Below, piece after piece: positions 37,803-48,608 of a stretch of DNA of 64,000 nt (within the stretch, counting starts at the first letter, position 1; each line of letters starts with the position of its first letter). The DNA lies in NCBI GenBank assembly GCA_963666515.2, contig OY762897.2, forward strand, positions 2,112,001 through 2,176,000, written 5' to 3'. Under the pieces are notes generated by a model that did not search any database, was not told the DNA's origin, and saw only the letters and a program-made list of their open reading frames with translations. The translations under genes and the position numbers were made by a program. This DNA comes from Candidatus Binatia bacterium (GTDB lineage: Bacteria; Desulfobacterota; Binatia; UBA9968; JAJDTQ01).

Positions 37803-37832
37803 TTGACACTTCCACGGGCGCGGGGATAGAGT
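37803..37832 (+). promoter_or_regulatory. Putative sigma70 promoter
   Basis: TTGACA-N18-TAGAGT. Confidence 0.45.
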
Positions 37833-37866
37833 CGCCTCTGTAGCCGGTGCGTCCGGCGGTGTTCCC

Positions 37867-38904
37867 ATGACGGTACGATTTCCCACAACCGGGGCTATCG
37901 CGGGCGATCTCTACGGCATGGTGCTGCGCGAACTGACGCTGTGCAGGGCCACGTCCGACGAGACCGTCGTGGTGTTCACCGACACCCGCACCAACACCAA
38001 CTACGCCGCCGCGTTCCTGGCCGCGGCCAAGGAGGTGGCCGCCAGCGCGTTCGAGATCAAGATTCCCCTTCTGCCCGGCACCGAGGGCAACGACACCAAC
38101 GTGGCGCCGGTGGTGGAGATCCTGAAGACCGCGCACTTGGTGGTGGACCTCACCACCGGCGGCGTCCTCTACCTCTACAGCAAGACGCTCGCCGACGTGC
38201 TGTCGGGTGGCACCCGGGTGCTCCAGGTGCGCGGCACCGAGGACCAACTCCGGCGGTGCTTCCCCGACGAGGCAGTGCGGCAACGGACCCTGAACGGCGC
38301 AAGGAAACTGGAAGAAGCCGGGGAGATCCGCGTCACCACCGAGACCGGCACCGACCTCACCATGCGCAAGGACGGCCGGCGCGGGGTCACCCAGTACGGC
38401 ATCAGCGACGTGCCCGGACGCTGGGACAGTTGGCCCTCGGGCTTCCTCTACTGCGCGCCGCTGGAGGACAGCGCCAACGGCACGCTGATGCTGGATCCCG
38501 GCGACCTGCTGGTGATGCTGGGCCGCTACGTCCAACAGCCCGTGCGCATCGAGGTGAAGGACGGCTGTATTACCGCGGTCGAGGGGGGCGTGGACGCCAT
38601 CCTGCTGAGAGAGCACCTGGAGCAGTCGGGAGACTCCCAGGCGTTCATCATCTCCCACATCGGCTGGGGCACGGACCCGCGGGCGCGCTGGGTGGAGGTG
38701 GCGCAGCGCGGCACCGAGGAAGGCGCCCGGGACGCCCGCTCCACCTACGGCAACGTGCAGATCGCCTTCGGCGCCAACTACGCCCTAGGCGGGAAGAACA
38801 CCACGCTGGCCCACGAGGACCTGATCCTGCGCCGGGCCGCGTTCCATCTCGACGGGGAGATGATCGTGGATGACGGCCGGATCATCCCCGAAGAGCTGAC
38901 GTGA
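37867..38904 (+). CDS. NicX-like 2,5-dihydroxypyridine dioxygenase / M29-fold protein
   Basis: QYGISDVPGRWDSWPSG, SHIGWG, HED. Confidence 0.78.
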   Translation: MTVRFPTTGAIAGDLYGMVLRELTLCRATSDETVVVFTDTRTNTNYAAAFLAAAKEVAASAFEIKIPLLPGTEGNDTNVAPVVEILKTAHLVVDLTTGGVLYLYSKTLADVLSGGTRVLQVRGTEDQLRRCFPDEAVRQRTLNGARKLEEAGEIRVTTETGTDLTMRKDGRRGVTQYGISDVPGRWDSWPSGFLYCAPLEDSANGTLMLDPGDLLVMLGRYVQQPVRIEVKDGCITAVEGGVDAILLREHLEQSGDSQAFIISHIGWGTDPRARWVEVAQRGTEEGARDARSTYGNVQIAFGANYALGGKNTTLAHEDLILRRAAFHLDGEMIVDDGRIIPEELT

Positions 38905-39010
38905 CGGGCCGTACGCGTGTCGACGCCGGAGTCCTGCCCTGCACGAGGGCTCATGAGACAGCGCGAGAGCCGTTGCCGCCGACAAGGCGTATGAGAAACA
39001 ACCTCGGGAG

Positions 39011-39874
39011 GTGGATGCCATGAACCTGACCGTCAAACCCGTTTCCCCCGCCATCGGCGCCGAGATAGAGGGCCTGGACCTGCGTGAGCCGCTGGCCGAT
39101 GCGGCCCGCGAAGCGGTCCTGGACGCGTTCCACGAGCATGTCCTCCTGCTGTTCCGGGACCAGCACCTGACGGAGCTGCAGCAGACGGCCTTCGCCATGA
39201 CGTTCGGGGAACTGGGCAAGCGCACGGTGGGCGCCCGATTCGTCAAGTCCCCGAAGGACACCTACGCCAACCCGGTGATGATGGTCACCAACCGTAGCGA
39301 CGACGGACCCACGGGCAACACGGCCTCCTTCGGCGACGGCGAGATGTGGTTCCACCACGATACCTGTTTCTACCCGGTGCCCAACATCGTCACCATGCTC
39401 TACGGAATCGAGGTCACCAGCGAGGGAGGCCTGACGCGGGTCTCGAACATGTATCGGGCCTATGACAACATTCCCCGGGAACTTCGCGACCGGCTGGAGG
39501 GACGCACCGTCCTGCAGGTGTACGACTACAACCGTTACCGCATCGACCCCAACGTGGATATGACCGGCGCCCGCAGCCATGTGCAGCCCATCTTCATCAC
39601 CCACCCGGTCACGGGCAGGAAGGCGCTCTACGTGAACCGCACCATGACCGCGCACATCGAAGGCATGGACCGGGCCGAGAGCGACGCCATCCTCGACGAG
39701 CTGTTCGACATCGCCGAGGACGACCGCATCGTCTACGACCACGAGTGGCGGGTGGGCGACCTGCTCATGTGGGACAACCGCTGCTCCACTCACGCGCGCA
39801 CCGACTTCCCCGCGGAGGAGGCGCGAATCCTGCGGCGGTGCACCGTGGCCGGCAAGGAGCCGGTTCACGCATAG
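39011..39874 (+). CDS. TauD/TfdA dioxygenase
   Basis: FHHD, HPVTGRKALYV, WDNRCSTHAR. Confidence 0.92.
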   Translation: MDAMNLTVKPVSPAIGAEIEGLDLREPLADAAREAVLDAFHEHVLLLFRDQHLTELQQTAFAMTFGELGKRTVGARFVKSPKDTYANPVMMVTNRSDDGPTGNTASFGDGEMWFHHDTCFYPVPNIVTMLYGIEVTSEGGLTRVSNMYRAYDNIPRELRDRLEGRTVLQVYDYNRYRIDPNVDMTGARSHVQPIFITHPVTGRKALYVNRTMTAHIEGMDRAESDAILDELFDIAEDDRIVYDHEWRVGDLLMWDNRCSTHARTDFPAEEARILRRCTVAGKEPVHA

Positions 39875-39904
39875 AACAGAACCTCGGCCAGACAGGAGAA
39901 GACC

Positions 39905-40762
39905 ATGAGCCTGACCACGAGACCGCTTTCACCGGCCCTGGGCGTGGAAATTCTCGGACTGGACGTGAGCGAGCCGCTGGACGTCAAGGTCCGGGACGAA
40001 ATCCTGTCCGAGTTCTACAAGAATATCGCGCTGCTCTTTCGCGGCCAGAACATGACGGTGGAGCAGCAGAACCGCTTCACCACCACGTTCGGGGAGATCG
40101 GCAAGCGCACGGTGGGGCCGCGGCTCCGAAAATCCGCGGACGACATCTACACGACGCCGGTGATGGTGGTGAGCAACATCAAGGAGGACGGCAAGCCGCT
40201 GGAAGGGGCCTCGGCCAACGGCGACAGGGAGATGGGCTTCCACCAGGACACCGCGTTCCACGAGATACCCGACCACGTCACCATCCTCTACGGCATCGAG
40301 GTGTCGGCCCACGGCGGCCACACCATGGTGACCAACCAGCACGCGGCCTATGACCATGTCCCCGCGGACCTCAAGGCGAAGCTGGAGGGCTGCAAGGTGC
40401 TGCAGGTCTATGATTACCAGCGGCACACGGTGGACGCCGACATCGACCTGAGCGGCGCCCGCTACTACGTGCAGCCCATCTTCATCACGCACCCGGTGAC
40501 GGGCCGCAAGGCGTTGTACGTGAACCGCATGATGTCCGTGCGCATCGAGGGCATGGAGCGGGCCGAGAGCGACGCCATCCTCAGCGACCTGTTCGACATC
40601 ACCGAGGATCCGCGCTTCCGGTACGAGCACACCTGGGAGGTGGGGGACCTGCTGATGTGGGACAACTTCTGCTCGATCCACGCCCGCACGTTCTACCCGG
40701 ACGAGGAGCGGCGGCTCTTGCGGCGCACCACCGTGGCTGGCAAGGACCGGCTGCACGCCTGA
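39905..40762 (+). CDS. TauD/TfdA dioxygenase (tandem paralog)
   Basis: FHQD, HPVTGRKALYV, WDNFCSIHAR. Confidence 0.92.
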   Translation: MSLTTRPLSPALGVEILGLDVSEPLDVKVRDEILSEFYKNIALLFRGQNMTVEQQNRFTTTFGEIGKRTVGPRLRKSADDIYTTPVMVVSNIKEDGKPLEGASANGDREMGFHQDTAFHEIPDHVTILYGIEVSAHGGHTMVTNQHAAYDHVPADLKAKLEGCKVLQVYDYQRHTVDADIDLSGARYYVQPIFITHPVTGRKALYVNRMMSVRIEGMERAESDAILSDLFDITEDPRFRYEHTWEVGDLLMWDNFCSIHARTFYPDEERRLLRRTTVAGKDRLHA

Positions 40763-40771
40763 GCCGGCCGG

Positions 40772-41170
40772 TCAGGTCAGTCCCGTCTTGACCTCGATCT
40801 GGTTGCCGTCCGGGTCGAGGATGTACTGCGAATCGCTACGCCCGGTGGCGCCGGTGCGCGGCACCACACCGCCTTCGAGCCTCACACTCATGTTCTCGAT
40901 GCGTTCCAGGATTTCCCGGAACTCGGGGCCGGTGAACGTCAGGCAGAAATGGTCCACGCCGCCGTGCTCCTCCGGGCTGCGTGCCCGGAACGACGGCTCG
41001 TAGAGCAGGAAGATGATGCTCCCGCCCACCTGCATGGCGGCCGCCTCCACGTTGCTTCTGCCGAGCATGCGGCGGTCCACCATCTCGAAGCCGAAGAGAT
41101 CGCTGTAGAACCTGATGGAGCGGTCGAGGTCGGTGACCTTGACCCCTACGTGGTCGAGTAGCGGCATCAC
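40772..41170 (-). CDS. VOC/glyoxalase family protein
   Basis: LDHVG, DHFC, DPDGNQIEV. Confidence 0.88.
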   Translation of the reverse strand: MMPLLDHVGVKVTDLDRSIRFYSDLFGFEMVDRRMLGRSNVEAAAMQVGGSIIFLLYEPSFRARSPEEHGGVDHFCLTFTGPEFREILERIENMSVRLEGGVVPRTGATGRSDSQYILDPDGNQIEVKTGLT

Positions 41171-41314
41171 GCACCTCCTTGAGGGATAGGCCCTCTATAC
41201 CCCGAATGATATGCGAAGGGTATGGGAAGGCCGACGGCTTCATGCGCGCCGTGGGATCATGTAGACTATGCGGGAATCCTGAATCGTCCGTTCCATCCCG
41301 TGAGCAAAACCGGA

Positions 41315-43648
41315 ATGCCCGACGACACCACCAGGCGCGCGCCCCCGCTCGACTTCATCCGCACCATCGTCCGGGACGACCTGGCCGGCGGGAAACACCC
41401 CGGCGGCGTGGTCACCCGCTTTCCGCCGGAGCCCAACGGCTTTCTCCACATCGGCCACGCCAAGTCCATCTGCCTGAACTTCGGCGTCGCCGGGGAATTC
41501 GGCGGCCGTTGCAACCTGCGCTTCGACGATACCGACCCGGCCAAGGAGGACACGCTCTTCGTCGAGGCCATCAAGGACAACATCCGCTGGCTGGGCTTCG
41601 ACTGGGGCGAGGGCCTGTACAACGCCTCCGACTACTTCGAGGAGCTTTACCGCTTCGCCGTCCAGCTCATCGAGCGCGGCGGCGCCTACGTGTGCAGCCT
41701 GAGCGAGGCGGAGATCCGGGAGACCCGCGGCACGGTGACGGAGCCCGGCCGCGAGAGCCCCTACCGCGCCCGCGCGGTGGACGAGAACCTCGACCTGTTC
41801 GCCCGCATGCGCGCCGGCGAGTTCCCTGACGGCGCCCACGTGCTGCGTGCCAGGATCGACATGGCGTCGCCGAACATGAAGATGCGCGACCCGGTGATCT
41901 ACCGCATCCGCCACGTCACCCACCACCACACCGGCGACGCCTGGCCCATCTATCCCATGTACGACTTCGCCCACCCGCTGTCGGACGCGCTGGAAGGGGT
42001 CACCCACTCCCTCTGCACCCTGGAGTTCGAGAACAACCGGGAGTTCTACGACTGGATCCTGGCGCAGGTGGACGTCCCCTCCACCCCGCGTCAGATCGAG
42101 TTCGCCCGGCTGAACCTCGACTACACGGTAATGAGCAAGCGCCGGCTGCTGGAGCTGGTGGAGGAGGAGCACGTCGCCGGGTGGGACGACCCGCGCATGC
42201 CCACCCTGGCCGGACTGAGGCGGCGCGGCTACACGCCCGAGGCCATCCGCAACTTCTGCCACAGCGTCGGCATCGCCAAGAGCGACAACACCGTCGAGAT
42301 GGGCCAGCTAGAGTACTTCATTCGCGACGACCTGAACCACAAGGCTCCCCGGGTGCTGGCTGTCGAACGTCCCCTCAAGGTGGTCCTCACCAACTACCCG
42401 GAGGGTCGCGTGGAAGAGCTGGAGGCGCCCTACTATCCCCACGACGTGCCCAAGGAAGGATCGCGCCCGCTCCCCTTTTCCCGCGAGATATACATCGAGC
42501 GGGACGACTTCCTCGAAGAACCGCCCAAGGGCTACCGCCGGCTGGCGCCGGGGCGCGAGGTGCGGCTGCGCTACGCCTACATCATCCGTTGCGACGAGGT
42601 GGTCAAGGATCCATCCACGGGCGAGGTGACGGAGTTACGCTGCTCCTACGACCCGGAGACCCGGAGCGGCTCCGACAAGAGCGGCAAGAAGGTGCAGGGC
42701 ACCATCCACTGGGTATCCGCCGCTCACGCGCTCGAAGCCGAGTTGCGGCTCTACGACCGGCTGTTCTCGGCGCCGGACCCCCAGGGCGACCCCGGCCGCG
42801 ACTATCGCGAGCTGCTGAACCCCAAGTCCCTGGAGACCGTCACCGGACTCGTCGAGCCGAGCCTGGACAGCGCCCGCCCGGGCGACCGCTTCCAGTTCGA
42901 GCGGCTGGGCTACTTCTGCGTGGACCCGGACTCCGCTGCCGGTGCGCCGGTGTTCAACCGCATCGTCACGTTGCGGGACTCGTGGCTCAAGATCGTACGG
43001 CGGGACGACGGCTCCGGCGAGCCCAGGCGGTCCCGCGGAACGCAGGCCGCCCCGAAGAACGCGGCCAGGGTTCCCGCGGAAAGAAGGGCGCCGGCCCCCG
43101 CCGAACTGACCGCGGCGCAGCACTCCAGAATGGAGCACTACCGCGACCGGCTCGGGCTCGCGACCGGCGACGCCTTCCTCCTGGCCTCGGACGACAGCCT
43201 GGCCGGGTTCTTCGAGGAGGCGGTCCGCGCCCACGACAACGCCAAGGCGGTGGCCAACTGGATCGTCAACGAACTGCGCCCGGCGGTGAAAGACAATCCG
43301 CTGGACTCATTGCCGTTGACTCCGGCGGCGCTGGCGGAACTGGTGGCCCTCATCGACAGCCAGACCATTTCCGGCAACGCCGGTAAACAGGTCTTCGCCG
43401 CCATGCTGGAAAGCCGCGAGAGCCCGGCCGGCATCGTCGAAAGGCTCGGACTCCGGCAGGTAACCGACGCGGGCCAGCTCGAACCCCTCGTCGACGCCGT
43501 CCTCGCCGCAAATCCCGGGAACGTCACCCTCTATCGCGAGGGCAAGACCAATCTCCTGGGATTCTTCGTGGGCCAGGTGATGAAGTCCACCAACGGCAAG
43601 GCCGACCCCCGCCTCGTCAACGAGTTGCTGCGGGCGAAGCTGGCCTGA
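41315..43648 (+). CDS. glnS: Glutaminyl-tRNA synthetase with C-terminal YqeY domain
   Basis: [19 protein letters not shown]-terminal [14 protein letters not shown]; start 41300 or 41315. Confidence 0.95.
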   Translation: MPDDTTRRAPPLDFIRTIVRDDLAGGKHPGGVVTRFPPEPNGFLHIGHAKSICLNFGVAGEFGGRCNLRFDDTDPAKEDTLFVEAIKDNIRWLGFDWGEGLYNASDYFEELYRFAVQLIERGGAYVCSLSEAEIRETRGTVTEPGRESPYRARAVDENLDLFARMRAGEFPDGAHVLRARIDMASPNMKMRDPVIYRIRHVTHHHTGDAWPIYPMYDFAHPLSDALEGVTHSLCTLEFENNREFYDWILAQVDVPSTPRQIEFARLNLDYTVMSKRRLLELVEEEHVAGWDDPRMPTLAGLRRRGYTPEAIRNFCHSVGIAKSDNTVEMGQLEYFIRDDLNHKAPRVLAVERPLKVVLTNYPEGRVEELEAPYYPHDVPKEGSRPLPFSREIYIERDDFLEEPPKGYRRLAPGREVRLRYAYIIRCDEVVKDPSTGEVTELRCSYDPETRSGSDKSGKKVQGTIHWVSAAHALEAELRLYDRLFSAPDPQGDPGRDYRELLNPKSLETVTGLVEPSLDSARPGDRFQFERLGYFCVDPDSAAGAPVFNRIVTLRDSWLKIVRRDDGSGEPRRSRGTQAAPKNAARVPAERRAPAPAELTAAQHSRMEHYRDRLGLATGDAFLLASDDSLAGFFEEAVRAHDNAKAVANWIVNELRPAVKDNPLDSLPLTPAALAELVALIDSQTISGNAGKQVFAAMLESRESPAGIVERLGLRQVTDAGQLEPLVDAVLAANPGNVTLYREGKTNLLGFFVGQVMKSTNGKADPRLVNELLRAKLA

Positions 43649-43693
43649 CGGCCGGCGAATCCGGTGCGTGGCCGGCGCGGCCGAGTCTGCACG

Positions 43694-44245
43694 TCAATTC
43701 TTCGTGCGGAACGTCCGATGGCAGTCCGAGCAGGTCTTCTGCAGACGCATGAAGACCGCGTCCGGCGCCATCGCCGCGAGGTCTTCGGATCCCGAACTCC
43801 GCGACGCCGGACCTGCGTCCGCCCCCCTTCCGCCGCCTCGCTCCGACAGCCGTTCATTGGATGCCGTTGCGGCAAGCGCGCCCGCGTACACGGCGAGGTC
43901 CCGGGCCGTGGCGGAGAAGCGTTCCCAATCGGTCCATATGGCGGGCTTCGCCCTCGACGGGTGCTTCAGACTCCCCTCGGGGAACAAGGCCGTCATCTTC
44001 TCGCCCCCGTGTGTTGCGATGGCCCGGGCGTAGGCCCTGACCCGTTCGGCGTCGTAGGGCTGCTTCCCGCGCATCATCCCCCGCAACGCCTTCATGGCGC
44101 CGGCGATGGCTTCCATGGCGTCCATGCGCTGCTTGACGATGCCGGTGGCGCCACGGTGCGCAAGCACTCCCGCGGAGGCAAGAACGAGAGCCAAGGCTAC
44201 CGCCGCGGACAGGAGCCGTTTCCCCGGTACAGACTGTGGTCCCAC
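43694..44245 (-). CDS. Cytochrome c'/c556
   Basis: Signal peptide, AKPAIW, C-terminal CSDCH. Confidence 0.88.
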   Translation of the reverse strand: MGPQSVPGKRLLSAAVALALVLASAGVLAHRGATGIVKQRMDAMEAIAGAMKALRGMMRGKQPYDAERVRAYARAIATHGGEKMTALFPEGSLKHPSRAKPAIWTDWERFSATARDLAVYAGALAATASNERLSERGGGRGADAGPASRSSGSEDLAAMAPDAVFMRLQKTCSDCHRTFRTKN

Positions 44246-44249
44246 GGTC

Positions 44250-44663
44250 CTAGAATATCCCCCTCGCCCGTTGCAAAGCGCGGACGTAATCGATGACGGC
44301 CCTGAGGTCGGCGTCCGAAAGGCCCGGAACCGGCGGCATGTTGCCGAACCGCCAGTGGTGCGCCCGAACCCCCCTTCTCACCGCCAGCACGAACGCCATG
44401 TCGGAATGATGGCCCGGTTCGTAGTATCGGTGGACCAGCGGCGGTCCCTGGGAAGACCCGACCGCTTGCGGCCCGTGGCACACCGCGCATTTCTGATTGT
44501 ATACAGCCTGGCCCGGCATACCCGCCATGGACGCCGCCGGGATTTCGGGGCGCGTCCCGGTCCCGCCGGCTGGCGGGTGCATACCGTGCCCGCCCGGCCA
44601 CAGGACCCATGCCGCCGCGGCGGCGACCACCACCGCGGCCGCCAAGCCGACGACCAGCTTCAC
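44250..44663 (-). CDS. Monoheme cytochrome c
   Basis: N-terminal TM, CAVCH, HHWRFGNMPP; GTG start inferred. Confidence 0.82.
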   Translation of the reverse strand: MKLVVGLAAAVVVAAAAAWVLWPGGHGMHPPAGGTGTRPEIPAASMAGMPGQAVYNQKCAVCHGPQAVGSSQGPPLVHRYYEPGHHSDMAFVLAVRRGVRAHHWRFGNMPPVPGLSDADLRAVIDYVRALQRARGIF

Positions 44664-44704
44664 CCACTCTTCCCCGGCATTGCCCTCATTCGAGCCACCA
44701 TGGC

Positions 44705-46327
44705 CTAATGCCCGCCTCGGGCTTCGGCGATGAGGAGTTCCAGGATTTCCTGGCTGGTGATCGCTCCCACGAACGCCTCGGACTCGCGGTCCTTGACGGG
44801 TATCACGGTCAGGGAACTCTCCGTCATCCGCTGGAGGGCGTCTTCCAGCGCCTCGTCGGGCCAGGTGTTGGGCGCGGACTCGCGCGCGATCTTGCCCAGG
44901 TTCGTGCCCGACCACGCCGGCTTGGGCAGATACCTGAGCATCGCAAGCGATACGATCCCCACCAGCTCGTCCCTGTCCACGACCACGTAGTCCTGCTGGT
45001 GCGGCACGATCCACTGGTCGGCGAAGTCCCGCACCGACATCTCTGGATCGGGAAAGATGCGCTCCCGGTCGATGACGTCGCCGACGGTGATGTCGTCGAG
45101 GGCGAAGCGGACCAGGGAGGGCGGAAGGGGACCCTTCAGCGCGGTCCGTCCCGTGGGCTTGGCGCGGCTGACCGCGGCGGTGATGATCGGCGGCGCAAAC
45201 AGGATGTAGGCCAGCATGATGAGAACGAACAACGAGAAGACGGGCGGCCCGATGATCTCGCGTTCCAGCAGCACGAGCAGTATGGCGATCTCGGCAACGC
45301 CCTTCGCCATCAGCCCGGAGGCGATGGTGAAAGGCAGGTCGAGACGCGCCGCCACGGAGCCCAGCGCGGCGCCGGCGAACTTTCCGATCAGGGGGACCGT
45401 CACCAGCGCCGCGATGGTCCACGCCGGCAGCTCGATGAACGACAGGGTCAGATGCAACCCGGCCGAGCTGAAGAAGAGGGGCACGAAGAACCCGTCGGCA
45501 ATGCTCTTCAAGCCCGGGATGATGTCCCGCTGCACCTGGTGGGGCAGCCGCGACAGCGCGACGCCCAGGAGCAGCGCGCCCAGGGAGCCGTGCAGGCCGA
45601 ACCCCTCGGCGACCACGACCGCAACGAACAGGAAGCCCAGGATCAGCCCGAACGACAGTTGGGGGACACGGAGCGCGCGCTCCAGCAACTCGATCAGCGG
45701 CGGCACCACCCGGCCGGCCAGCACCCAGGTTGCCACGATGAAGCCAGCGATCTGTCCCAGCAGGACGAACACGCCGCCGAGGCTCAGTTCGTGGGAGTGT
45801 TCGCCGATGGTGAGTCCCACCATCAGCAGGACCAGCAGCTCCGCGATGAGCGCGGTGGTGAACATCTCGAGCCCCACGGGGTCCTTCAGGCGGTCGGAAT
45901 CGATCAGGACCTTGGCGACGACGCCCAGGCTGGTGAGGGAAAGAACCCCGGCCAGCGCCAGCGAGCCGTTGAAATCGAGGCCGAGACCGAAGTCGTGGAA
46001 CAGGTCGTAGGTGACAGCCAGCGAAGCCATGAGCGGTATGAGGACCGAAATGACCGCCACCATGAAGAACCGGCCGCGAATGGCCGCCATGAAACCGGAG
46101 ACGTCGATCTCGTGCAGGCCGATGAGGAAGAAGTAGAGGAAGATGCCGATGCTCAGGAGGACCTGGATGTGGCCGGTCAGTTCGACTATACCCAAAACCG
46201 GTCCCAGGAGGATGCCTGTGGCCGTGTAGGCGACGATGGCGTTGAGCCGGAAGCGCCAGAGAACGCCTTCAGCCAGCTTGGCGACGAGGATGAGCAACCC
46301 GGTGGAGAGCAGCGCTTCTTCAAGCAT
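44705..46327 (-). CDS. Cation:proton antiporter with CBS domains
   Basis: FFVPLFF, GKFAGA, KGVAE; C-terminal CBS pair. Confidence 0.9.
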   Translation of the reverse strand: MLEEALLSTGLLILVAKLAEGVLWRFRLNAIVAYTATGILLGPVLGIVELTGHIQVLLSIGIFLYFFLIGLHEIDVSGFMAAIRGRFFMVAVISVLIPLMASLAVTYDLFHDFGLGLDFNGSLALAGVLSLTSLGVVAKVLIDSDRLKDPVGLEMFTTALIAELLVLLMVGLTIGEHSHELSLGGVFVLLGQIAGFIVATWVLAGRVVPPLIELLERALRVPQLSFGLILGFLFVAVVVAEGFGLHGSLGALLLGVALSRLPHQVQRDIIPGLKSIADGFFVPLFFSSAGLHLTLSFIELPAWTIAALVTVPLIGKFAGAALGSVAARLDLPFTIASGLMAKGVAEIAILLVLLEREIIGPPVFSLFVLIMLAYILFAPPIITAAVSRAKPTGRTALKGPLPPSLVRFALDDITVGDVIDRERIFPDPEMSVRDFADQWIVPHQQDYVVVDRDELVGIVSLAMLRYLPKPAWSGTNLGKIARESAPNTWPDEALEDALQRMTESSLTVIPVKDRESEAFVGAITSQEILELLIAEARGGH

Positions 46328-46518
46328 GTCGGATTCCCGGCTGGCGACAGAACGAGTGGGGGTCCACATGCCCGCGCACCTTCATGACGCCATCGACAGG
46401 ACAGGACACTAGCCCGATTGGCAGAGGCGGCGCAACCCGCCGGTTGAGATCGGTCATTCTCCTTGCCATATTGTTACACCTTCGTGAAATTTCCAGTGAA
46501 TTCCTTCAGGGGGTGCGG

Positions 46519-48059
46519 ATGACCGGGGCCAGCGTCGACATACTGATTGTTCAAGAAAATCCTTCCGCGACCGCCTCTCTCCAGGCGTGTCTGGAAGAAT
46601 TGGGCTATACGGTGTGCGCCGCGGTGTCGTCCGGCCGGCAGGCCGTGGAAGCAGCCGCGGCAGCACGTCCCGACGTGGCCTTGATCGACCTCGGGGTCAG
46701 AGGGGAGGTCAGCGGCATCGAGGCGGCCGAACGGATCGGCCGCCCGCTGGACGTCGCGGTGGTCTACCTGGACGGCATTTTCGACGAGGAGCTGTGGCAG
46801 CGAGCCCAGGCGACCCGTCCGTTGGGCTACGTGCCGCAGCCGTTCGAGAAGCGGCAACTGCACCTGACCGTCCAGACCGCCCTTTCCCTGCGCGAGCGGG
46901 AAAACGGCCATCGGGAGAACGCGGCGCGGCTGGAACGCCGCGCGCGCCGCATGGAGGCGGTGTTCGACGGCTTCCGGTCGTGCGGGCGCTCCAGGGCGAG
47001 GAAACGGAAGAGATGGACTTCTTCGTACGCAATCAGCACAACCCGGACGGGACGTACATCAAGGCCCGGGCGATCCCCATCTACAACCATGACCGCACCG
47101 AGATCATCGCCGGCATGGCCGTCGTGCGCGACATCACCGAGCAGATCAACGCCCAGGAAGCGTTGTCGCACGCGTTCGCGCAGGGACGGCTGGAGATCGT
47201 CGAGACCATCCTCCACAACATCGGCAACGCCATCAACAGCGTCACCGTGGGCATCGACACCGTGGACCAGAAGCTGGCCGGCGATCCGCTCCTGCGCCGG
47301 CTCCGCAGCCTGGCAGACGCCGTCAAGGACCACGAGGAGGACTGGATCGACTACATCACCCGCGATCCGCAGGGGCAGAAGGTCATGCCCTTCATCGTCG
47401 CCATCGCCGACGACTTCACCCGGCAGAACCACCAGTTGAGAGGGACCGTCCAGCGCGTGAAGGACCGGGCGAATCACATCGCGGACATCGTCCGCACCCA
47501 GAAGGCCATCGGCGGTCCCGGCATGGACCGGAAAGACGTCAACCTGGAGAACGCCATCGCCGCGGCGGTCAAGGTGCTGCAGGATTCGGTCCAGCGAAGG
47601 AACGTCCGCATCGAGGTCGACTGCGGGAACGCGCCCCGGGAGATACGTATCCGGGAGAGTCAGTTCCACCAGATGATGGTCAACCTGGTGAAGAACTCGC
47701 TTGAAGCCATCGACGAGCTGACCGCTTCGGACGGACTCCGGGAAACTCCGTGCATCCGCATCCGCGCCCACGTCGAGGGCGAATCATTCATCCTCGAAGT
47801 GAACGACAACGGCATCGGCATCGACCGGAACCGCCAGCAAGCGATCTTCGCCGCGGGCTATACCACCAAGGAGTCCGGGACCGGCTTGGGTCTCCATTCG
47901 AGCGCCTACTTCGTCGCCGAATCGGGCGGGCAGATCCATCCTCTGAGCGACGGCGTGGGCAAGGGAACGACCATGCGCATCCAGTTGCCGCTCTCCTCCA
48001 TCACCGCTCCGGAACCCGCAGTCCAAGACGCTCGTCACGCCGGCGCAGCCATCCGATGA
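46519..48059 (+). pseudogene. Frameshifted REC-PAS-histidine kinase
   Basis: REC domain in one frame to MEAVFDG (~46970); PAS tail, LHNIGN H-box, N box, DNGIG and GTGLGL in another frame. Confidence 0.75.
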
Positions 48060-48588
48060 ACGGCAACGCCAGCACCACCATCCACGCTTTCCCGATGACC
48101 TGTCCCAACAGGAAGTCGAGGCTCCCGAACGCGAGGTACAGGAACAGGACGCTGTCCACCACCAGGCCCACGACGCTGCTGGCGAAGACCGCCAGCAGCA
48201 ACCGGCGCCGCTGCAACGGCGTATAGACGGCAAGGTCGGCCAGTTCCGAAAGCAGGAAGGCCGCGGCCGACGCCACGACCAGAGACGGCGGCGCGAACAC
48301 CGCGGACAAGCCCGCGCCCGCCACCACCGCGCCAGCGGCCCACGCGAGGCCCATGCGGCGCTGGACCAGGTCCCGGAGCACGAGCGCCAGCCCGATGGTC
48401 ACGACCCCGCTCGGCGCCATGATCCCGGGCGCCACCGGGATCAGGCACGGCGACGCCGGCGGGCACACCGTGCCCACGTTGCCGATGAGCCAGTTGGCCG
48501 CCGGGATGCACAACCCGAACCCGACCAGAAACAGGACCCCTTCCCTGCGCCTTCGACCTTCAATATCGGACACCGCCCGTACCTCCAT
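48001..48588 (-). CDS. VUT/YhhQ-family (DUF165) transporter
   Basis: LRDLVQRRMG, FLLSELADLAVY, DSVLFLYLAFG; start reassigned. Confidence 0.85.
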   Translation of the reverse strand: MEVRAVSDIEGRRRREGVLFLVGFGLCIPAANWLIGNVGTVCPPASPCLIPVAPGIMAPSGVVTIGLALVLRDLVQRRMGLAWAAGAVVAGAGLSAVFAPPSLVVASAAAFLLSELADLAVYTPLQRRRLLLAVFASSVVGLVVDSVLFLYLAFGSLDFLLGQVIGKAWMVVLALPFIGWLRRRDERLGLRVPER

Positions 48589-48608
48589 GAGTGCACCTTC
48601 TAGCGGGT

